Origin: Octopus bimaculoides
Lineage: Eukaryota
Direction: 5' to 3'
Assembly (NCBI RefSeq): GCF_001194135.2
Contig: NC_068990.1
Location: 58,900,383-58,964,382 of the forward strand
DNA: 64,000 nt
In this document: one piece after another, positions 1 to 14,080 of the stretch
Position numbering within the stretch: position 1 is the stretch's first letter
Layout of the letters: each line of letters opens with the position of its first letter
Position numbers and translations under genes: made by a program
Notes under the pieces: model-generated
Database searches by the model: none
Told to the model about the DNA's origin: nothing
Seen by the model: the letters and a program-made list of their open reading frames with translations, nothing else

Positions 1-290
1 TCACGGGTGCTTTAACACAGCACCAGCACGGGTACTTTTTAAGTAACACCGGTACCCGACAGAACAAGCCTGTATGTGTGGAAGATATCGATTTTACTTA
101 GCTTGGCCTGTCTTATCAAGTACAGAAAATCGCCACATCTCCCGGTCCCTTGTTATTTCTTCAATGAGGACAAGCGTCCGAAGATCCTTTCTCACCATGT
201 CTTCCTAGGTCTACCCATTTCCACAGGTACCCTCCACAATTAGATTTCAGCACTTCATTATACAGTTGTCATCATATGCATCACCGGCAC
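1..290 (-). mobile_element. RTE LINE 3' end fragment
   Basis: GRPRKTW motif on the minus strand plus 3' UTR-like GCACCAGCACGG units. Confidence 0.6.
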
Positions 291-612
291 TCCTATTTAT
301 TGACCCACTTAAAATTCTTAAAATATATTATACTGTAGTACCATATATAATGTTTACAGGATGAAAAATAAATAAAGAAAAGTAAAGAACATGATTTTAG
401 CAGAGTACATATAATAGTCATAACTTCACATGAAAAAGTAAATAATAAAACTATTCACCAACTTTAAAAACATAGTCTGTTTATTCAATATGGGGTACAG
501 AATATTGCATGATATTTCGCATTATATCTGGATTTCTAGAAGTCGGAAAAGAGGTCCATATTTAGTCATAATATAATTTATCTATTATCTATTTAAGTAT
601 CATTATTTATTA

Positions 613-961
613 GACTGCGGTCATGCTAGGGCACTGCCTTGAAGAATTTTTAGTCAAACGAATCGACCCTGTGTACATATTTTTTTTTTAGGTCTGGTAC
701 TTATTCTATCGGTCGCTTTTAATGAACCGCTAAGTTACGGGGCCGTAAGCACGCCAATACTGGTTGTTATGCAGTGGTGGAGAGACAAACACAAACAAAC
801 AACGGCTTCTTTTTGTTTCCGCCTACCAAATCCACTCACAAGGCTTTGGTTGGCCCGAAGCTTTCATAGAAGACACTTGCCCAAGGTGCCATGCAATGGA
901 ACTGAACCCAGAACCATATGGCTGGGAAGCAAGCTTTTTACCACACAGCCACGCCTGCACC
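613..961 (-). mobile_element. SINE family A, minus-strand copy
   Basis: Reverse complement of family A. Other minus copies: ~20441-20695, 23318-23725, 31225-31520, 33225-33410, 38775-38960, 40185-40395, 42335-42685, 50365-50485. Confidence 0.88.
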
Positions 962-1017
962 TATTGATAATATACTCTAATCGCTTGATTGATATTATAA
1001 TCTATTTGTTTATGCAT

Positions 1018-1340
1018 GAAGGCACGTGGCTTAGTGGTTAGGACATTCGGCTCACGATTGTAAGGTCGTGAGTTCAATTCCCGGCGACGCGTTGTGCCCT
1101 TGAGCAAGACACTTTATTTCACGTTGCTACAGTCCACTCAGCTGCCAAAAATGAGTAGTACCTGTATTTCAAAGGGCCGGCCTTGTCACGCTCTGTGTCA
1201 CGCTGAATCTCCCTGAGAACTACGTTAGCGATACACGTGTCTGTGGATTGCTCAGTCACTTGCACGTTAATTTCAGGAGCAAGCCGTTCCGTTGATCGTA
1301 TCAGCTGGGACCCTTGTCGTCGTAACTGATGGAGTGCTCC
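1018..1340 (+). mobile_element. SINE family C (GTGGCTTAGTGGTTAG head; CTGAATCTCCCTGAGAACTACG body)
   Basis: A/B boxes; other copies ~22410-22760(-), 24752-25073(-), 53393-53713(+), 63778-63945(+). Confidence 0.85.
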
Positions 1341-1349
1341 ATTTGTTTA

Positions 1350-2100
1350 TACATTGATATTACAATCAATTTATTTACAAATTGATTGATAATGTAATTA
1401 TCTATTTATATTATAATCCATTTTTGATATTATCACCCACTTATTGATGATATAATATATTTATTGATATCATAATCCATTTATTTATCAATTTATTGAC
1501 ATTAAAATCTATTCATTTATTGATTATGGATTGATAATGTCTATATTATAACTTATATACTGATAACATAATCTTTCTATTGATATTATAATCTGCTTAT
1601 TAATACCATAGTTTATCTAATGGCATTATAATTTATTTATTCACAGATGTTTTAATCTATTGATCATTAGATATTATAATCTATTTGTTTATCTTCCAAT
1701 ATATAATTTATTCAATTATTTATTTATTTATCAACATTATATATACTATTTATTGGTAAATTGTGTGATATTAAAATCTAAGATCCGCTAAAGGTGATGA
1801 GCTGGCTGAAACATTACCGCGCCAGGAAAAATGCTAGCAGCATTTGGCCCTCTTAACGTTCTGAGTTCAAATTCCACCAAGGTCACTTTTGCCTTTCATC
1901 CTTTCGGGGTCATGAAAATAAGCACCATGACCGTGTGCCAAAATTTGAAACCAATATTATCATCCATTTATAGATATTGTAATTATTTTTCATTACTATG
2001 ATCGATGAATACAATAAATATAATCTATTGGTTGATATTATATTCTATATATTGTTATAATAAACTATTTATTGATATCTATATTCTGTAGAACTATCAT
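1350..2100. repeat. Degenerate AT-rich minisatellite (ATTGATATTATAATCTATTTATTT-like) interrupted by a SINE
   Basis: Recurring ~25-30-bp unit, also at 965-1015. Confidence 0.65.
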
Positions 2101-2291
2101 CATCAAGCATTAAGCACTGTGGAGTCTGCATATATATATATATATACAATTAAACCTTGGGAGAGGCATTATGCCGGTAATAAACACACGCACTGGTTCA
2201 GTCCTTTATTAATTTATATAATTGTATTTAATTGTATTTCTTTCAACACACGTATCCACATCAAGAATCTTGCACACGAAATACACATACG

Positions 2292-2326
<35 letters not shown>

Positions 2327-3654
2327 NNNNNNNNNNNNNNNNNNNNNNNNNNNNNNNNNNNNNNNNNNNNNNNNNNNNNNNNNNNNNNNNNNNNNNNNNN
2401 NNNNNNNNNNNNNNNNNNNNNNNNNNNNNNNNNNNNNNNNNNNNNNNNNNNNNNNNNNNNNNNNNNNNNNNNNNNNNNNNNNNNNNNNNNNNNNNNNNNN
2501 NNNNNNNNNNNNNNNNNNNNNNNNNNNNNNNNNNNNNNNNNNNNNNNNNNNNNNNNNNNNNNNNNNNNNNNNNNNNNNNNNNNNNNNNNNNNNNNNNNNN
2601 NNNNNNNNNNNNNNNNNNNNNNNNNNNNNNNNNNNNNNNNNNNNNNNNNNNNNNNNNNNNNNNNNNNNNNNNNNNNNNNNNNNNNNNNNNNNNNNNNNNN
2701 NNNNNNNNNNNNNNNNNNNNNNNNNNNNNNNNNNNNNNNNNNNNNNNNNNNNNNNNNNNNNNNNNNNNNNNNNNNNNNNNNNNNNNNNNNNNNNNNNNNN
2801 NNNNNNNNNNNNNNNNNNNNNNNNNNNNNNNNNNNNNNNNNNNNNNNNNNNNNNNNNNNNNNNNNNNNNNNNNNNNNNNNNNNNNNNNNNNNNNNNNNNN
2901 NNNNNNNNNNNNNNNNNNNNNNNNNNNNNNNNNNNNNNNNNNNNNNNNNNNNNNNNNNNNNNNNNNNNNNNNNNNNNNNNNNNNNNNNNNNNNNNNNNNN
3001 NNNNNNNNNNNNNNNNNNNNNNNNNATATATATATATATATGATTGAACGCTACTCATCTTCTTCCAAGTAAGTTTTATCTAAATAATTCTGATGCGCAT
3101 TCTATACGATCTTTTTACTCTTTCGTTTTTCTCTCTTTCTCTCTCTTATTTTTTTTACCTCCTCTTCTCCCACTATTCTTACCTATTACTGTCACTCTCT
3201 CTCCCTCACTCCTCCTCCCTTGCTCATGTGGCTCCCATGTCACCATCGACCATCTTTCTTTCTTCTCCTAATTTGTTTCTTTCTTTCTCTCCGTTGTAGC
3301 TGGAACAAAGAAGACATGTTCTTGTCTGTCTCCTGTCCAAGCTTGATTTAGCAGCCCTTCCTGTTTGTTTTTACTCTCCTGTTTGTGTTACCAATTTTGA
3401 CCCTCCACAAAATCCCAAATTTTATTTAATTTGCTTTGAGGGAGCAACTGTTTTATCGAAAGCGTATATTGTTGTTAAATACTCGAAATACGAGAGTAGA
3501 AAAACAAACAACAACTGATGAAGGGTCGTTCTTTGTGTTGTTTATCTTGTTTTCCATTTGTGTCTTTCATTGTTCCAAACAATCATTCATATTCCATGTA
3601 CTCGTACTTGGTACTTTTTGTTGTACACGTTTCGTGACATCTTGTGCCCACATA

Positions 3655-3692
<38 letters not shown>

Positions 3693-3854
3693 NNNNNNNN
3701 NNNNNNNNNNNNNNNNNNNNNNNNNNNNNNNNNNNNNNNNNNNNNNNNNNNNNNNNNNNNNNNNNNNNNNNNNNNNNNNNNNNNNNNNNNNNNNNNNNNN
3801 NNNNNNNNNNNNNNNNNNNNNNNNNNNNNNNNNNNNNNNNNNNNNNNNNNNNNN

Positions 3855-3889
<35 letters not shown>

Positions 3890-4049
3890 TTAGTGACTGT
3901 GTTTGTCACCCAGCACTGCTTGGCAACAGTTCGACTAAAATTCTTCAAGGCAGTGCTCCAGCATGACTGCAGTCTAATAATTGGAACAAGTAGAGGATGA
4001 AAGATAAAAGATAGGAGGATAAAAGACAAATTTGGCCATGGTAAGATTT

Positions 4050-4540
4050 GATCTTAGAATTCAGAATGCTGCAACAAACATCACAAGACACTCTGACGAT
4101 TCGGCCACCACAATCTTTGTTGAAGTGTGGTGACCTCAATGACCCTGAAAGCTATACCAGTGGAGCATAAGCTCCTATTACGGTCTGCCATGCTGGACAG
4201 GTCAAAAGACAGAGCCCAGATTAATAAGGACCTCTTCCCAAAGGTAAAAATAGGTTTGCATAGAGCCGACATATCTACTTAGTCGAAAAAAAAAATGATT
4301 TACAGAAGAATTGATAACAATTCAAAACCAACAGAACTTGAGAAAGGAAGGCCTCATCCCCTGGAAACACATGCTTGAAGCATAAGTGGGGATGTGACAC
4401 GTGAGTGAGGTGGAAGAAAGACTGAAAAGCAGAGATCCACATGAAGAGACACCACAGAGTCAAAATCCGTACAGAAAAGTCATCAAGGGCTTATCCTCCA
4501 AAGTGAAAGGTATAAGTAAGCGTCTGATGGTTCTACCAAT
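4050..4540 (+). mobile_element. Highly degenerate RTE-like fragments
   Basis: IPVEHKLL and KVIKGLSSKVKG resemble RTE ORF segments; many stops. Confidence 0.35.
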
Positions 4541-5387
4541 TTACCCAGTGAGATTCATCATCATTATCATCTTCATTATCATTATCATCTTCATTATCCT
4601 CATCATCACCATTTAATGTCTGTTTTCCATGCTAGCATGGGTTGGACAGTTTGACTGGAGCTGAGAAGCAGGAGGGCTGCACCAGGCCCCTGCCATCTGT
4701 TTTGCCATGGTTTCTACAGCTGGATGCCCTTCCTCGTGCTAACCACTTTGAAAAAGAGTATACTGGGAGTTTTTAAATGGCAACAACACAGGCATTTTTT
4801 ATGTGCCACCAGCACAGGTGCTTTTTATGTGACATAAGCACCAGCGGACCCACAATGTAACTTACAAGACAAAGAGCGCTTAGTTGAGATTCTTGTCTCG
4901 GAAATTATTTGGTTAATTTGCTTGGGCTGTTGCTGGTGCCACATAAAACTCAACTCTGCTGGTGTCACATAAAAAGCACCCCTGCTAGTGTCGCAGCTTA
5001 TGCTCCGTAGTGAAAAGCTTAAGTAAGTAAGCATGACGATTCTACCAGTTTTCCCAATGCAATTAATTTTTAAAACTTTATTGTTGCTATTATTGTTTTC
5101 TAATGGATGTATATCTCTGTGTTTCTTTTATGATTATTCGGACATAAATGGACTGACTGTTCACCATTCACTTAAATTGAGCCCCTCGGTCAATAAGGAT
5201 GAAATCATTGATGTCAGAGACACTTTGGAGTAACATCCAGTCTTTACTTTTCATAGTTTGAACAAAAACACCATTAGTCTCATTACAGTATCTCTTTCTT
5301 TCACTCTCTTTTTCTGTTTCTTTCACACGGGCACACTCTCGCTTACTCCCTAACTTTGTTTTTCTCATGCCCTCTCTTTCTCTATAT

Positions 5388-5542
5388 ACATATATACATA
5401 CACACATACATACACACACATATACATACATACATACATACATACATACATGCATTCATACATACATACATTCATACATACACACACACATACATACATA
5501 CATACACACATACATACATGCATTCATACATACATACATACA

Positions 5543-5573
<31 letters not shown>

Positions 5574-5580
5574 CAACATA
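5388..5580. repeat. (CATA)n / (CA)n microsatellite; representative of dozens of (TA)n, (CA)n, (CT)n, (TAA)n and (CATA)n tracts, most N gaps abutting one
   Basis: Direct inspection. Confidence 0.95.
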
Positions 5581-5940
5581 TATAGATTAAAGGTAGACGT
5601 GAGTGTATATATATATACATATATACATATACATAGCTGTAGCTAAATCTATAGATATGGATATATATAGGTATATCACTTGATCACATTATCAACCAGA
5701 TTATCACATGTTAAACATCACTGGTCACAATGTGCTTTTTGCATTGTTTTAGCCTTCAAATGACGCCATCCTGGTGGTTAGGTGAGCAAGCCAACAATTC
5801 TCCCTTATCGAAGGGAGACTGGAGCAATGTGAAATGAAGTGTTTTGCTCAAGAACACAACGTACCACCTACTCAGGAAATTGCCTCTACATATACAGATA
5901 TATAGCTATCAATATATGCATATATGCACACAGACACATA

Positions 5941-6121
5941 CAGCCGTGACCAAAAGTTTGGAACATTCTTTTTTTAACTAAGATACTTTAGGCTCAAGTA
6001 CGATTCGATTCAAATATATACAATATAGAAATATACCTACCCAATAACTGAGTCAATGGTTCAATATCTGGAAGAAAAAATTTTCAGACTTGTGTTCGTT
6101 CCAAACATTTGGTCACGATTG
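5941..6121. mobile_element. Tc1-type MITE
   Basis: 24-bp TIR CAGCCGTGACCAAAAGTTTGGAAC (21/24 match), TA on both flanks. Confidence 0.85.
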
Positions 6122-6129
6122 TATCTATG

Positions 6130-6169
<40 letters not shown>

Positions 6170-6176
6170 CACACAC

Positions 6177-6323
<147 letters not shown>

Positions 6324-7852
6324 CACACACATACACATATATGTATATAATCCAGACGTACACATATCTATATACTAACACACATTCTGGTTTCTCATTC
6401 TCTCTATACCTTTCACTATCTAATGCCCAAAATCATTATCTCTCTCTCTCTCTCTCTCTCTATCTCTATCTATCTATCTATCTATCTCTATCTCTCTATA
6501 TCTATCTATCTATATATCTATCCCACCTTCTCCTCCGTTCTTATTCCTTATCGTTTCTTCCGAACCCTTTCACTTTCACTTTCACTCAGTACAGCTACGT
6601 TACAACTTGCTTCAGTCTCTCCTAACAACAAACAACACAACAGCCAACACTTTAACCAATAAACCAGACACACTGACAGAACAACAACTGTCTGGATAAA
6701 TTCAGCTAAACCAAACTAACTCGATGCACCCGTTTGCTAAACAGCTAAAGATCCTTTGCTCTCCACTTTATATAATAACTACAGATTAAGCAGCTACACT
6801 ATTGCTGCCAAAGCTTCGAAAAAGTCAAAAAGGTCATTACATCAGCAGTTGTTAGTCTCTAATTATCTCCGACTTCTCAGATCTTCATCCCCACCAACAC
6901 CAGCATCTTGTCTGTATAGAGATCATGCAATTTATCTAGATTTACAACAGAAATGGAATTTTATTCTTAATTCATGAAACTCTACGTCCTCTTTTAACCC
7001 AGGCTTTCACAATTCACATTTCACAAATCTGTAGACATGTAGTAGTCAGTTTGGAATTTAACATGTACGTATGCATGTGTGTATGTACGTATGTATGCAT
7101 GTATGTATGAGCATGCATCTATGTGTGTGTGTGTGTGTATACATATATGTACATGTATGTAAATGTGTGTGCGCGAGTGTGTGTGTACATATATATATGT
7201 ATATATATATGTATATATATACATGTATGTGAGTATATATGTGTGTATACATACACACACACACACATATATATATACACGTATATATACACACACATAC
7301 CAATAAACAGATAAAAGCATACATATAGGTATACATATATAGGGGTATGTATGCATATATACATATACATATATTTATATATANNNNNNNNNNNNNNNNN
7401 NNNNNNNNNNNNNNNNNNNNNNNNNNNNNNNNNNNNNNNNNNNNNNNNNNNNNNNNNNNNNNNNNNNNNNNNNNNNNNNNNNNNNNNNNNNNNNNNNNNN
7501 NNNNNNNNNNNNNNNNNNNNNNNNNNNNNNNNNNNNNNNNNNNNNNNNNNNNNNNNNNNNNNNNNNNNNNNNNNNNNNNNNNNNNNNNNNNNNNNNNNNN
7601 NNNNNNNNNNNNNNNNNNNNNNNNNNNNNNNNNNNNNNNNNNNNNNNNNNNNNNNNNNNNNNNNNNNNNNNNNNNNNNNNNNNNNNNNNNNNNNNNNNNN
7701 NNNNNNNNNNNNNNNNNNNNNNNNNNNNNNNNNNNNNNNNNNCATCGCTACCACCTCCCCATTATCCTCCGCCTCCCACATCCCTGTCACTCATTTTCCA
7801 TCGCATCCCACACAACAAAACCACAACCACCACCACCACCTCTTTTCTTAAA

Positions 7853-7890
<38 letters not shown>

Positions 7891-8459
7891 GACAATGATA
7901 ATAACAGCAACAACAATAACAACAGCAATATCTACCGTAATCTGCCAAATTTCACGTCTTATCTAATTCACTGACAATTTACACTTTAAGTAAGAAGTTT
8001 ACAATTTGATTGCTTAGCTCTGTTATTAACTGATGCCAGAGAAGGCAAAGCCGTGTGCATTTGAGTGCAATCACGGCTGAAGTTGCTGCAACATCTTACC
8101 AACCAACCGGCCATCCGCATCCTCTCTAGCCCCACCCACCAGCATTTCCAATTTAAATATCTTCACTAGATTATTTAATACAAATTTTAGAATCAATATT
8201 CGCATCTCTCCTATTGTCATTGCATAACATGTTGAAATAAATGACTGATTTACACACAACATTACCTCTACCTGACCCTTACATTCCCTCATCCCACCCA
8301 TCAAACTCCATCTCTCTCTCACTCTCTCTCTTTCCCTCTCTCTCATACACACACACACACACACACACATACGCACATGCACACATACAGGGTATCGTCT
8401 CTCACAAAAAAGGTCCACACATAGATGTAAGCACTCGCACACACACACACACACACACA

Positions 8460-8507
<48 letters not shown>

Positions 8508-8512
8508 TTCTT

Positions 8513-8549
<37 letters not shown>

Positions 8550-8731
8550 TTCTTTCTCTCTCTGTCTCTTTCTCTCTCACAGACATACGCACACATTACA
8601 CATGCAAACATACGTCACATACTCATATAAGCAGCAAACAGAACACGCACGTACACACCACACACACACATACTCACATCCCATTTCAAATCACACATAA
8701 ATATATACACAAAAGCATAAACACACACACA

Positions 8732-8887
8732 CAGAGCCGGATTAAGATTTCGTAGGTCTCTGAGTTACAGATACTGAGAGGTCCTAGTGATATTTTCAAC
8801 AACTTTTCACTTAATCCCTGGAGGCCCTCCAGCTGGCCTAAGTTCCTGGGTTGCAGTTCTTAAAGCCCATACCTTAATCCGGTTCTA
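8732..8887. mobile_element. MITE, probably hAT-type
   Basis: TIR AGAGCCGGATTAAG / CTTAATCCGGTTCT. Confidence 0.7.
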
Positions 8888-11693
8888 CACACTTGCATAT
8901 CACATAGACATAAGCACATACGCACGTGAACTCACACAGATGAATACCAGCCCATAAACACATACAAAAACGCATAAATTATTACACATATACGCACATG
9001 GACTCACATATCACATGCTCACATTAAGAGCAAAGTGAAACAAAAACGATTACTTTTGATAAGCGAATATGGTGAAATCTAGCAGCATGAGATCTACGCT
9101 GTATTATTATTTTATCAATTCTGAGAAGATTAAAAGAAAGGGGGAAAAAATCTTGGGTTAACTTGCCAGGTGAGGAGTTCTCGAGTAGCTAGAGGGAGCG
9201 AAAGGGGCGGTAGGCTCCTGGTGACACCACTTTTAGGTCTGCTGTAGGCAATATGTACTTTTTGTGGGGCCTATGGGTGGAAAACTGAATCCACACATAT
9301 ACACACGCGCGCGGCAGCACACACACTAGTTACGCTAGTGGTGAGGAAGGTGTTGCAGACACCTTGCAGGACTAAAAACATGACCTTCAAGAGAAGGATG
9401 AGCTCATTGTGATCCAATAGCCATCCACACAAGTGGTGTCTCCTAAACACATCCTGCGTATGGCTTAGCAAACCTTACACCTGGACCAAGATCATAACTA
9501 CAAAATCTATAATGAAGGACCGACCTACTGTGCTCTAGAATTAGAGTCGACGTCCATGAGCGAAGTAGCGTAGATTGAGAATTTGCATTTTACCTTTGTA
9601 AGAAAAAAAATGATAAATAAACATGAAAGTAGATTGTCCTAAATATACCAAGCTATTAACCATTCACTCAGTTTTTATTGACTCAAAAGATGATGGCATC
9701 CATGCACAGACTACAGAAGGGCGTTGGATGCTCTCACCAAGAAGAAACTTAGGCGACAATGTGGGACTAGTGATGATTTATTTACACCAGATCCTCATGT
9801 GTTTCGATGCATGACCAAACAAATTACGAGATCGAGAAAAATTATTCACGGATCTCATTTTGTGCATCATTGACTATTTTCTTTTCCCATAAATCTGATT
9901 GTTTTTATCTTATATAAAATGTACAGTTTTCATGTTATTTAAAACATATATACGTTCTATACATTGGTTATATCACATACATCATTTGCATGAAATTGTG
10001 GGATGTCACTATTATCACTTTTGGTTTCTGTAGCAATTTGCTTTCATTTTTTAGGACAATTTATTTTCACTTTTTTAAAACGGTAAACTGCATGTTAACC
10101 GTAAGTGGTTCACAGGCATTTGTAAACCTGTGTTTCCAAACCTGAGGACTATGATAGCAGTTAACAGGCAGTTTACCGTCCTAAAATAGTGAAAGTAAAT
10201 TGTCCTTAAAAAATGAAAGTAAATTACGTCAGAAACCGAAAGTGATGAGTGACATCCTGGGATTTTATGTAAATACTGTTTGCGACGTACCAATGTATCA
10301 AATATATAAACATTCATACATTTAATATAACATGTAAACCGTACGTATATTTTATATGAAATGAAAACAATTATATTTCTGGGAAAATGTAAGTCACTGA
10401 TGCATGAAATGAAAATCGTGAATAGTTTTTCTCGGTCTCTAAACTTGTTTCACCACACGTCACAACACATGAACATATTATGCAAAAAATTCATCACTAG
10501 ACCCACATTGTCGCCTAAGTTTCTGCTGGCTGAGCACTTATCGCCCTTCTGTAGTTTGTGTATAGATGCTGCTATCATTTAGATCAGGAGTTCTCAACTT
10601 TTTTTTATTTAGGGAACGCTTTGATTACTATTTTATTCTGGTGAACCCCCATAGCCATTCAAAGAGCCCTCGCAAAATTCAGTCAAATCTCAGAAAAATT
10701 CGGGAATTAGATGAATGGGCTTACACGGGTTTAATGAAGAGGGCTTTACAACTCCAACTCTTTCTTCCTAAAATTTTCTGCTATTGTCTAATTCTTTAAA
10801 ACTTACACACAAAAACATACAAAATGCACATTCAATATCTTTAGTTCCCTCACGATAGAAAAAAAAACATTTGACGCTTTGATGATATTTTATTCATGAA
10901 TAATAAATTATAATTTATCATTCGTGAATAAAGTATCAGATTTGCATTGAAAAGTCTTGTAAGAATTAAATATTACGTTACTGCTTTGAAGTTCATATAT
11001 TCGGTGACAATCCCTAAGGGTTATCTTTAAAAATTGACAATAGAGTATGATTTGAGAAAGATTTCGCTGTTATTATGAGCAGGACGAATGCCAACTTACT
11101 TCTCCGCATTGGCACTGTTTCTGGGTTGAGCGTCTGTTATCTTGTATTTCCTTTGTAACCCCAAAAGAGAGTGATTTGAGAGATATTTTATTGCTATTTT
11201 TTGCACTTCAAACAACCACATGGGGGCTCATTTTTAACCAAGGGAGAAAGAAATGAGTAGGAAACAGTAGTTAAAAGGTAAAGAGAAACCATTTTAAGAG
11301 AGACTCAAAACCGCCTCTAGCCTGCTTGATACAGCAGCTGAATTGCCCTCAAAATTACACTATGTCGTCCCTTTGTAAAAGGAAAACAAATTTTTAAAAA
11401 TCATTGGATAATGTGTTCTTGGATACATTATATCTCCGAACAAGCAAATGAGACAAAACGAAAGAAATTTTTTGAAGAAACCCAGTCAAATACTGAAGAC
11501 CAGAGATATGTCTGGAGTCATTATTTCAGAATATGCTTTTTGTCGTTGTTGATGAGTCTACGAAGGAAATCTGAAGCTGCAAAGAAAATTTCTTACTTTC
11601 CTTTATTCCTTCGGAAATCAGTACTTGTCTATATCAGAAAATGCTTTGACTAGAAAAATAGGCATTCCTACACATATGTGCCCCTCCGACTTC

Positions 11694-12330
11694 GTTGCCT
11701 CATAACTCCCAAAAGAATGGATATTTATTTAACGAAATTGTCAAACAAATATGCTTGAGATGATGTAGATTCTGATAATATCAAACTACGTGATGAAAAT
11801 TTTTTTCCGAGAGTTATGTGAGGAAAATTCACACGAGACGGTTTTCTTTCAGAAAAATGGGTAATCTTTTATGAAATTTCCTATGCATACCTTTCAGAAA
11901 GTGTAGGTTACGATTATATCGGGATTTAATATGAAAAAAAAAACTGGTGGGCTCGTACACATACATACTGACATATGTCACATACATCTACAAAATGAAA
12001 CTTGAAATTTCGAGAAAAAATTGTGATGTGTGTCAGTATGTATGTGTGCGTGTGTGCTCACTATTTTTCTTGTCACATCAAATTCTGATATAGTAGTAAC
12101 TTACACATTCTGAAAAGTAATTGTAGAAAGTTTCATTAAAAAATTCTAATTTTTCTGAAAGTTATGAGGAAACAAAGCCAACTCATATGAATTTTCTAAA
12201 ACTCAACTTTCCACCCGCAGAAAATTTTTTACAAAAGATTCCGATATGATCGGAATCTGCACTGCCAGAAACGTATTTGTGGAAAAATCATGAAAAACTA
12301 TCCAATTTTCTGGAAGTTATGAGAAACAAA
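11694..12330. repeat. Long degenerate foldback (inverted repeat) element
   Basis: Arms of ~290 bp, roughly 70-75% complementary by eye, around a ~35-bp spacer near 11990-12022. Confidence 0.7.
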
Positions 12331-12585
12331 AGAATTAGCTGATATGAAAACTATAATAAAACCGTTGTAACATGAGAAAATCCTAATAAAACCCATATAT
12401 TTGTTCAAATGCTGATATACACGTTATGTGGCTATGTGGTAAGAAGTTTGTTTCCAAACTACATGGTTCCGGGTCCAGTCCCACTGTGTGACACTTTGGG
12501 CAAGAGTCATCTACTATAGCTTCAGGCCGACCAAAGCCTTGTGAGTGGATTTGGATTTGGGAGACGGAAACTGAAAGAAGCCTTC

Positions 12586-12651
<66 letters not shown>

Positions 12652-13356
12652 NNNNNNNNNNNNNNNNNNNNNNNNNNNNNNNNNNNNNNNNNNNNNNNNN
12701 NNNNNNNNNNNNNNNNNNNNNNNNNNNNNNNNNNNNNNNNNNNNNNNNNNNNNNNNNNNNNNNNNNNNNNNNNNNNNNNNNNNNNNNNNNNNNNNNNNNN
12801 NNNNNNNNNNNNNNNNNNNNNNNNNNNNNNNNNNNNNNNNNNNNNNNNNNNNNNNNNNNNNNNNNNNNNNNNNNNNNNNNNNNNNNNNNNNNNNNNNNNN
12901 NNNNNNNNNNNNNNNNNNNNNNNNNNNNNNNNNNNNNNNNNNNNNNNNNNNNNNNNNNNNNNNNNNNNNNNNNNNNNNNNNNNNNNNNNNNNNNNNNNNN
13001 NNNNNNNNNNNNNNNNNNNNNNNNNNNNNNNNNNNNNNNNNNNNNNNNNNNNNNNNNNNNNNNNNNNNNNNNNNNNNNNNNNNNNNNNNNNNNNNNNNNN
13101 NNNNNNNNNNNNNNNNNNNNNNNNNNNNNNNNNNNNNNNNNNNNNNNNNNNNNNNNNNNNNNNNNNNNNNNNNNNNNNNNNNNNNNNNNNNNNNNNNNNN
13201 NNNNNNNNNNNNNNNNNNNNNNNNNNNNNNNNNNNNNNNNNNNNTATGATGAAATGATGAATTTTTTACATTACGAAAATTTTTCGTTATTTTTTCATTT
13301 TGAGGTTTTTTCACGCTGACTACTTGATAAATTCTTATAAAGAATTTATCCTATAT

Positions 13357-13394
<38 letters not shown>

Positions 13395-13439
13395 AATCTC
13401 CCCCCCCCCCAAAAAAAAAACGAAGAACAAACGCAAGAA

Positions 13440-13620
13440 AAAACAACAACGTGAGTACGTGGTACATGCAAAGTATTAGCAGACGCTCAGAGAAGGAAAG
13501 AAAGGTGGTTTTATGTTTCGAGCAAAGCTCTTCGTCAGAAAAGGGAGACGGAGGAAAGTCCAAGAGAAAAGGAAGACAGGAGAAAAAAATCGCCAACGAT
13601 CCACATGTGGTTACATTTTG
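13440..13620 (-). mobile_element. Hammerhead-motif repeat (Penelope pseudo-LTR-like), copy 1
   Basis: TTTT CTGACGA AGAGC TTT GCTC GAAAC ATA AAA at 13509-13542 (minus), followed by CTGAGCGT..TAATAC. Confidence 0.65.
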
Positions 13621-14049
13621 ATATGTGGGAGTGGGGGTGCGTGCGTGTGTGCGTACGTGTGTGTGTGTATTATGTATGTATATTTAGTATGTATAGTTGT
13701 TACAAAAAAATGTTAAACGCCAAGTCGAAATAAAAAAAACAAACAAGAGCTATAAGGTTGATATTCAGGAGAACTGGAAGAATTTTTTAACATTTCGAGC
13801 GTACGCCCTTCTACGAAAAGTATAGATGAGAAGAGAAAAATAGAGAGGAAAGAACAAATATGTGTCAATTATGGATTTTTGTTAAATTTCCTACGACCTG
13901 TTAACGTTTTACGAATTTTTACCAGGTTATGTTCAAAAAATGGAGTTCTGATATAGTTTTGCATACTGAGGATAAAAATTAGAAGAAAAAAAATTCAAAT
14001 GGTTAGAAAAAACTTAAGATCCACATACATACATACATACATACATACA

Positions 14050-14078
<29 letters not shown>

Positions 14079-14080
<2 letters not shown>

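Noticed and set aside
3430-3640. CTGATGAAGGG at ~3515 as a sixth hammerhead
   Set aside because: No stem II or downstream GAAA in register.
6600-8260. Non-repetitive stretches with CCAAT (~6656), TATATAA (~6767), a short hairpin (~8050-8080) and a SOX/POU-like string (~8212-8228)
   Set aside because: Short motifs expected by chance in AT-rich DNA, following ATGs hit stops at once; needs conservation or expression data.
9330-9870. Coding-like composition, possibly a decayed transposon ORF
   Set aside because: Stops in all frames and no motif I can assign.
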